Shown: one piece after another, positions 58,172 to 64,000 of the stretch | Position numbering within the stretch: position 1 is the stretch's first letter | Layout: every line of letters starts with the position of its first letter | Assembly (NCBI GenBank): GCA_973895155.1 | Contig: OZ316895.1 | Location: 11,603,858 to 11,667,857 of the forward strand | Direction: 5' to 3' | Origin: Marsupella aquatica | Taxonomy: Eukaryota > Plantae > Marchantiophyta | DNA length: 64,000 nt | The notes under the pieces: model-generated | What the model was told of the DNA's origin: nothing | Databases searched by the model: none | The model's input: only the letters and a program-made list of their open reading frames with translations | Program-made: the position numbers and the translations under genes

Positions 58172-59044
58172 ATGGAGCCTGGTAAACGTAGAAAGTGTGA
58201 CCACCCAGCAGTGTTTACAGGGGTCAGAGCGATTTTGGTCCATGGCCAGCATGGGTTGACCAAAGTGCATTGGCCAACTGTACAGAAACGATTCTCTGAG
58301 CTCCATGGCACTGTAGTTCAGGACATCACTCCAGAGACTCCACATGTTGTTGCAGGGACATGGCTATCAGTGATAAAGAAGTGGTCATGGTCCTACATGA
58401 ATTCTGCAATTACTAAGCAAGGCCTAAAAGTAGTTGAGGCCTCTTGGATCACAGATTCCATAGCACATAAGATTGTACAGGATACTGAGCAATATGAGTT
58501 GTGGGAGGATGAAGAAGCTACTGCATCAGCTTGGGCTGAACAAGAAGTCTGGGAAGCAAAGGCACGGCTTGCTGATCTCCAATATGGACCTGTACTCAAC
58601 AAAGGACAGAGCTCTACAAGGCTGAAGAGTATGTTGGCTGAGGAGACGAAGCAACCAACCCCCATTCTGAAAGGGCTGAGCCTGGTATTTGTGGAGGCGG
58701 GAATTGGAGAGGTTAAGTGCAAAGTGTACAAGTCCACAGTGCTTGACCTAGGTGGGACAGTGGAGGAGAATATAACAGAGGACACCACTCATGTCATTAC
58801 TAAGTCATATCCCAAAGCCTGCCGCAAGTTTGGGAAGGGAGACATTCGCTTTTATGTCATGTCCCATAATGTGTTTGTGGTTTCATATGCTTGGCTTGTG
58901 GAATCAGTAGCAGCTAGGAAGCGTCAAAACCCAATGGACTATGATCTTTTTGAGGCCTGGCCACGGAAGGGTCAGGATCCTTACAGAGAGGACTATGAGA
59001 CAACAAGTGAGGAATGGGTCATTAGCGATTCTGAATCAGAGTGA
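58172..59044 (+). CDS. Tandem BRCT-domain protein (~290 aa), DNA polymerase lambda-type BRCTs
   Basis: Two repeats with BRCT hallmarks: VFTG..HGTVVQDITPETPHVV...VVEASWITDSI...YEL and ILKG..LGGTVEENITEDTTHVI...KFGK...SYAWLVESV...YDL. Basic N-terminus KRRK and acidic tail. First ATG at 58172. Confidence 0.8.
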   Translation: MEPGKRRKCDHPAVFTGVRAILVHGQHGLTKVHWPTVQKRFSELHGTVVQDITPETPHVVAGTWLSVIKKWSWSYMNSAITKQGLKVVEASWITDSIAHKIVQDTEQYELWEDEEATASAWAEQEVWEAKARLADLQYGPVLNKGQSSTRLKSMLAEETKQPTPILKGLSLVFVEAGIGEVKCKVYKSTVLDLGGTVEENITEDTTHVITKSYPKACRKFGKGDIRFYVMSHNVFVVSYAWLVESVAARKRQNPMDYDLFEAWPRKGQDPYREDYETTSEEWVISDSESE

Positions 59045-59618
59045 GGAGTAGTAGCATCAGTTTGGACACAAGTTTTTTTGTATAAATCAGATCATTGAAA
59101 TAAATGTGATCTTTGAACTAATGTACCTTGTTATGGTTGGTGGCAGTTGGGCTTATTTTACTGTTGGCGGATTGTTGTTTCCTGCTGCCTGGGGGTGTCA
59201 CTGTAAACGTACATGCAGAGGTGGTACATTTGAGGACAGCGGAGGAGGTGGTGACACCCTCCAACATTTAGGAATTTTGTGTCATTCACTTGACAATAGG
59301 TACACTACTTGCGAACCTGTTTTTTTCTTTTGGGGTGGTTTAGGGTTTGTGAGAATTTAGTACACGTTATGTTAACTCTTTTGGCAGATACAGTCAGGGA
59401 TATATGGAACACAAATACCACCATTAGGCATCCTTGTTCACTGCTGTCCATGACTGCAGAGCTCCCAGCCTGTTACAATGCACCCTAGTCACCACCCTCC
59501 CCAGACCCAGCCCAGGGCACAGGCACTGCCTTTGCATCATCCCACAAGGATATCACGCCATGATAATAAGCTTTGGCAGCGTGAAAGGTTATGAACCAGA
59601 CTTTCAGGAGCCAGTAGG

Positions 59619-62600
59619 ATGAGATGTCCTTGTGCAATCTGCCAAGGATCCCGTACCAGGGGTCTGAATGAGGTTTGGCGGCATATCGCGGTTCATGGAA
59701 GAGATCCACGACATCGAGTTTGGAATGATCCTGCAGAGGAAGATTCTTCCGACGAGGAGTGGAGGTTAGAATTTGATGCTGCCAATGCTGCAAGACGGGC
59801 AAGTGAGGTTCTGCCTGGTGCATTTGAAAATGTTGTAGCTGGTCTCTGTGGGTTGTCAGCTCTCCAACGGGATGGTGCTCAGGCAGCACCACGTGACGAA
59901 GGAATTCATGTGGAAGAGATGGTGAGAGACATCTTCCAAGACTTGGATGCATTTCATGATGGGCTGGACAATGAAGAGGATACGGCTGCAGATGCAAGTG
60001 TGCCCCCTGTCGAAGAGCCTCTTGATGAGTTTGAGATAGGGCAGGAAACCCTTGGGCATGATGGGATGTTTGGCTCTCCCCTGCAAATACAGGAAGGCAG
60101 GAAGTCTTTGTACCCCGGTAGCAAATGTTCTAAACTGGGATTTGTCATCATGTTCCTGAACATTTGCGGCAACCACAATGTCCCCAACGTTTTGGTTTCT
60201 GAGTTGTTGGCATTCTTGCGAACAACTGTGCTACCAGATGGTAATATTTTGCCCAAGAACATGTACGAGGCAAAAAGATGCATATCTAATCTTGGATTGA
60301 ACTATGATTCGATCCATGCTTGTCCTGATGGGCATGTTCTTTTCAGAAAGGAGTATAAAGAATCGTTGACATGCCCTAAGTGTGGGAAGCACAGGTATCG
60401 GAACTCAGGAAAGTCTATGGTTCCCGCCAAGGTACTTCGTCATTTTCCACTCATTCCCAGACTTCAGCGGATGTTCAGAAGCCGTGCCATCTCGGAGATG
60501 ATGACTTGGGCAACTGACAAGAAAAGTGATGATGGGCTACAACGACATGCTGCAGATTCAAGGCAATGGAAACTCATAGATGAGATGTATCCCGAATTTG
60601 CTGCTGAGCCAAGGAATGTCAGACTTGGGCTGTCATTGGATGGGGTAAACCCATTTGGAGACAAGAACAACAAATTTTCATGCTGGCCTGTAACTATTTT
60701 GAATTATAACCTTCCTCCTTGGATGACTACAAAGCGATTTTTTGTTTTGATGGTCCTACTGATACCAGGGCCAGACAGTGCTGTATCTGCCAACATAGAT
60801 GTGTTTCTGGCTCCCCTAGTGGAGGAATTGAGAAAGCTTTGGGAGGAAGGAGTTCTCACATATGATGTCCTACAGAGGCTTGGGAGGTTAAACCCATTCA
60901 TCCTTAGAGCCATTGTCATTCTGACTATAGCTGACTACCCAGCCCATGGGATGATATCAGGCCAAACAACAAAAGGATATTGTGCTTGTACTATCTGTGG
61001 GCGCAATGTCACCAGTGAGTACTCCAGAGCCCTGCAGAAAGTGATATACATGGGCCATCGTCGTTTTCTGAAGGCAGATCACCCTTACAGAGAAAGACAG
61101 GCACTGATTGCACACTTTGGCAATGAGATTGAGCAACGTGGACCCCCGGCACGAGTGACCAAAGAGGAGATCAGGCAGTGGGGAGCACTGAGGGATGACT
61201 ATATCAAACGAGGGGGCAGGGAAGATGGAGTGAGTGATCCAATAAAGCGATATGGTGTAAAAAGACTGAGCATATTGGACTTGGAGCTCAAGTACTGGAG
61301 GGTAAGCCTCTTGGAGTTGATGCTAATTGGGATACATGTTTTGGTTCAGAGCATGTGCATTCATTTGGAAGAGAGAGACTAAACTTGAGGCATTTCCTGA
61401 CGCTTTTGCATTGCAACGATGCAGGAGTTTGAGCCAAGCAAACATAACATTGATGTTATGCACATTGAAAAGAATATTTGTGAGAGTCTACTCAGATTCT
61501 TGTGTGGAGAGAAAGACACTGGTTCAGTGAGATTGGATCTTGAACAGAGGGGAATGAAACCCCATCTTTGGTTGAGGCCACATGCCCACAGAGCTGATGT
61601 GCTCTTGAAGTACCAAGCGCCCTATGTTCTGACAGACACAGAGTGGGAACTATTTGTGCAGAGGTTGAGTTCTTTGAAGGTTCCTTCAAACTATGGCAGT
61701 GCTTTCAAGAAGCATATCATGACTAGAAAGCTTGGTAGTATGAAAAGCCATGACTACCATATGTTGATGCAACAGGTGTTGCCTTTATGCCTGAGGGGCC
61801 TGTTGCAGAAGCCTGTTCGTACTGTGATCATGCGACTCAGTGATGTGTTTCGTCGTATTTGTGTGAAGGTTTGGGATGAAACACACTTCCCACAACTGAC
61901 AGAAGATGTCGCTCAGGTGCTGTGTGACCTGGAGATTTATTTTCCTCCCGCATTTTTTGATGTCATGACCCACCTACTTGTCCATGTTGTGGAAGAGCTA
62001 CACCAATTTGGGCCTGTGAGTGCTCGTTGGTTGTACCCTTTGGAACGGTACATGAAGCTACTCAAAGGTCACGTGAGAACATATTACAAACCTGAAGCAA
62101 GCATGGCTAAAGGTTACATCAAGGATGAGACTCTGGGATTTCTGACCGAATACATAGCACAATATGAGCATGTGAAGACCAGGGTGTGGAATTCTGATGA
62201 GGAGGAAGGGGTGATAGGTGAAGTACTGGAAGGGGCTGCAACCACAAAGAACCTGACCATATCTATGAGAGACTTGGCACATGACTTTGTATTGCACAAC
62301 ACTGTGGTGATGGAACCCTGGATACAGTGAGTGCATACATGTGCTATAATCCAGTTCATGAGCTTAAATGTTGTGTTCGTGTGGTTTTCTCCTTCAGCCT
62401 GTTTATGTTTACCCAAGCTAATGCTGTGTGGTTGTTCGTTCAGGGAGTATGAGTCATTGAAGGCGGCCCATCCCACTACAGGAACAACTTTTCCAGGTTT
62501 CATGGAGTGGATCAGAGTGGCAATTAGAGAGCATCACGAGACCCACCTAGACATGGATGCAGATGTTTACCTACTGTCTAATGCCCCTAGCCTGAAAGTG

Positions 62601-63209
62601 AAGACTTACAAACGGATGAGAGCATATGGGAATCACTTCCGAGTGAAGGATGGTGACAGTGCCTACAGGGTGACGAATGACTGCGGGCTCATCACTGTAT
62701 TTGAGCAACAGAGCCACAATCACGACAGGGCCTGGATGGAGATGGGATATGTGGGAGAATTAGTTGACATATGGGCTCTGGACTATGGGGCGGTGTCCAG
62801 TCCTGTGATTCTTATGAAAGGTTCATGGGTGCGGCAGGATTGGCTTGGTAACAGGGCTACCATGAAGAGAAACAACGACGGTTTCTTGTTGGCCAATTTC
62901 AGAGGGAAATTGCCCGAATGGTCTGAGCCATTTGTGTTTCCTAGTCAGGTGGAGCAAGCTTTCTTCCTGGATGTGGAAGACTCCCCAGGTTGGCGTGTAG
63001 TGTGTCATAAACAGGCCAGGCAACGCCGGATGGAAGGATCAAACCTTGAGTTTTATTTACACTCTCATAGTGCCTTTGATCGTCGGCGTTCAGACCAAGT
63101 GCCTGTAGTTCATGATAGCGGGGACTTCATTCCTGTGACAAGGGTAGATGCATTTGCTGAAGGAGGCGAATTCAAAGATGCAGATGCCAACAGTGTGCCT
63201 GTGCCATGA
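59619..63209 (+). CDS. CACTA/EnSpm transposase (TnpD/Tnp2-like; Transposase_21, DUF4218 and DUF4216-type regions), 3 exons, ~1116 aa
   Basis: Exons 59619-61301, 61425-62326, 62444-63209 (GT-AG, 3351 nt, in frame). Motifs RCPC..C, IHACPDGH, LRHFPLIPRLQRMF, RNVRLGLSLDGVNPF, NLPPW, ADYPA, IDVMHIEKN, MKSHDYH, FFDVMTHLLVH, WLYPLERYM, EPFVFPSQVEQAFF. Confidence 0.93.
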
Positions 63210-63365
63210 GTAATGTGAATTGTTTGCATAGACATTAGTGAGGGGAAGGATGTGTAATAAAGTAATTCTGAAGCAACACAGATGTATGGATGGATGCCTA
63301 GTGATTGTGGTTGCATTGTGTTATACGGGGTGACCATAGATGACATGTTTTTGTGGTCCAGTAGG

Positions 63366-63845
63366 ATGGAACAGAGTGACACAAAGATGTGTGAGTATGA
63401 AAGGAAAGCTATGGAACAACGAGCATACGTGAAAGCCAAAATCGCAGAACTGGATCTGGAAAAGGATGTGGCTGAATTGTAAGGGAACGATTCTCAACTA
63501 CACCCCTCCGCTGAGTTTGTGTGACATGAATAGTTCAATGTGGCACTGAAATTGTGACTGTATTCTCATATTGGAATGTCGCAGAGCCACAACATTTTCA
63601 AAGAAACAAAAGGAGTACGCAAGAAGGGTGACCAGCACTATCTCTGGGCCTGTGCGTCGGAGTGACAGGTTGAGCAAGAAGGTCGTACCTACAATGGCAG
63701 AATGTGGAGATGACATTGATGCTGCACAGGTGGGTGCAGACACTAGACAAGAAGATGCAGATGATGAGTATTTTCCAGAGGAAATGGATGAGGATGGGGG
63801 TTATGAAGATGAATACATTGCAGAGCAGCCCCAAAAGAAACATGT
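63366..63845 (+). CDS. Probable start of a second CACTA gene (fragmentary, continues beyond the window)
   Basis: MEQ...CEYERKAMEQRAYVKAKIAELDL, then PVRRSDRL and an acidic tract, separated by putative GT-AG introns. The exon model is not resolved. Confidence 0.4.
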
Positions 63846-64000
63846 AAGTAGTTTTCCCAACAAGGTTTTGAGTTAAAAACTCTTGTTTAGAGGTTTCATA
63901 TGTTCAGTACTACACATATGTACCTTGCTTAGTTCCTGACATTGTAGTTGGTGATGTGATGCAGCGTCCTGCCAGTTCTGTTTTGCCTTCGAAGCCTGTG

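Larger units (their letters stand above)
49928..64000 (+). mobile_element. Large CACTA (EnSpm) transposon, >14 kb, right end beyond the window
   Basis: Terminus CACTAGAAGAAA at 49928, exactly where the Copia gag breaks off; the preceding 3 bp are ATG (expected TSD). An EnSpm transposase starts at 59619. I saw no matching TTTCTTCTAGTG end in between. That the terminus and transposase belong to one element is inferred. Confidence 0.72.

Overview
Eukaryotic, intron-containing, repeat-rich DNA from a land plant; the species cannot be determined from the sequence. The host genes are two intact tandem paralogous 13-exon GH1 beta-glucosidases on the minus strand (9079-16316 and 32212-39817, 515 aa each by my splice model). 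The rest is mostly transposable elements: two solo LTRs with target-site duplications (TSDs), a decayed intron-containing tyrosine-recombinase (Crypton/DUF3504-like) element bounded by inverted repeats (3523-7378), a long-TIR element nested in a relative (about 18950-20937), a full-length but disabled Helitron (24224-32009), and a Ty1/Copia element (45905-49927). The Copia gag is interrupted at 49928 by the CACTAGAAGAAA terminus of a CACTA transposon longer than 14 kb that runs off the window. Upstream of its apparently intact transposase, on the same strand, lie three uninterrupted ORFs: a Cys/His-rich ORF, a stand-alone EDM2-type composite PHD module, and a tandem BRCT protein resembling the plant DNA polymerase lambda BRCT. 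A decayed RPL18a exon is also inside. The two strongest candidates for something undescribed are this CACTA accessory cassette and the plant Crypton-like element. All family assignments rest on motifs recognised by eye; no searches were run.
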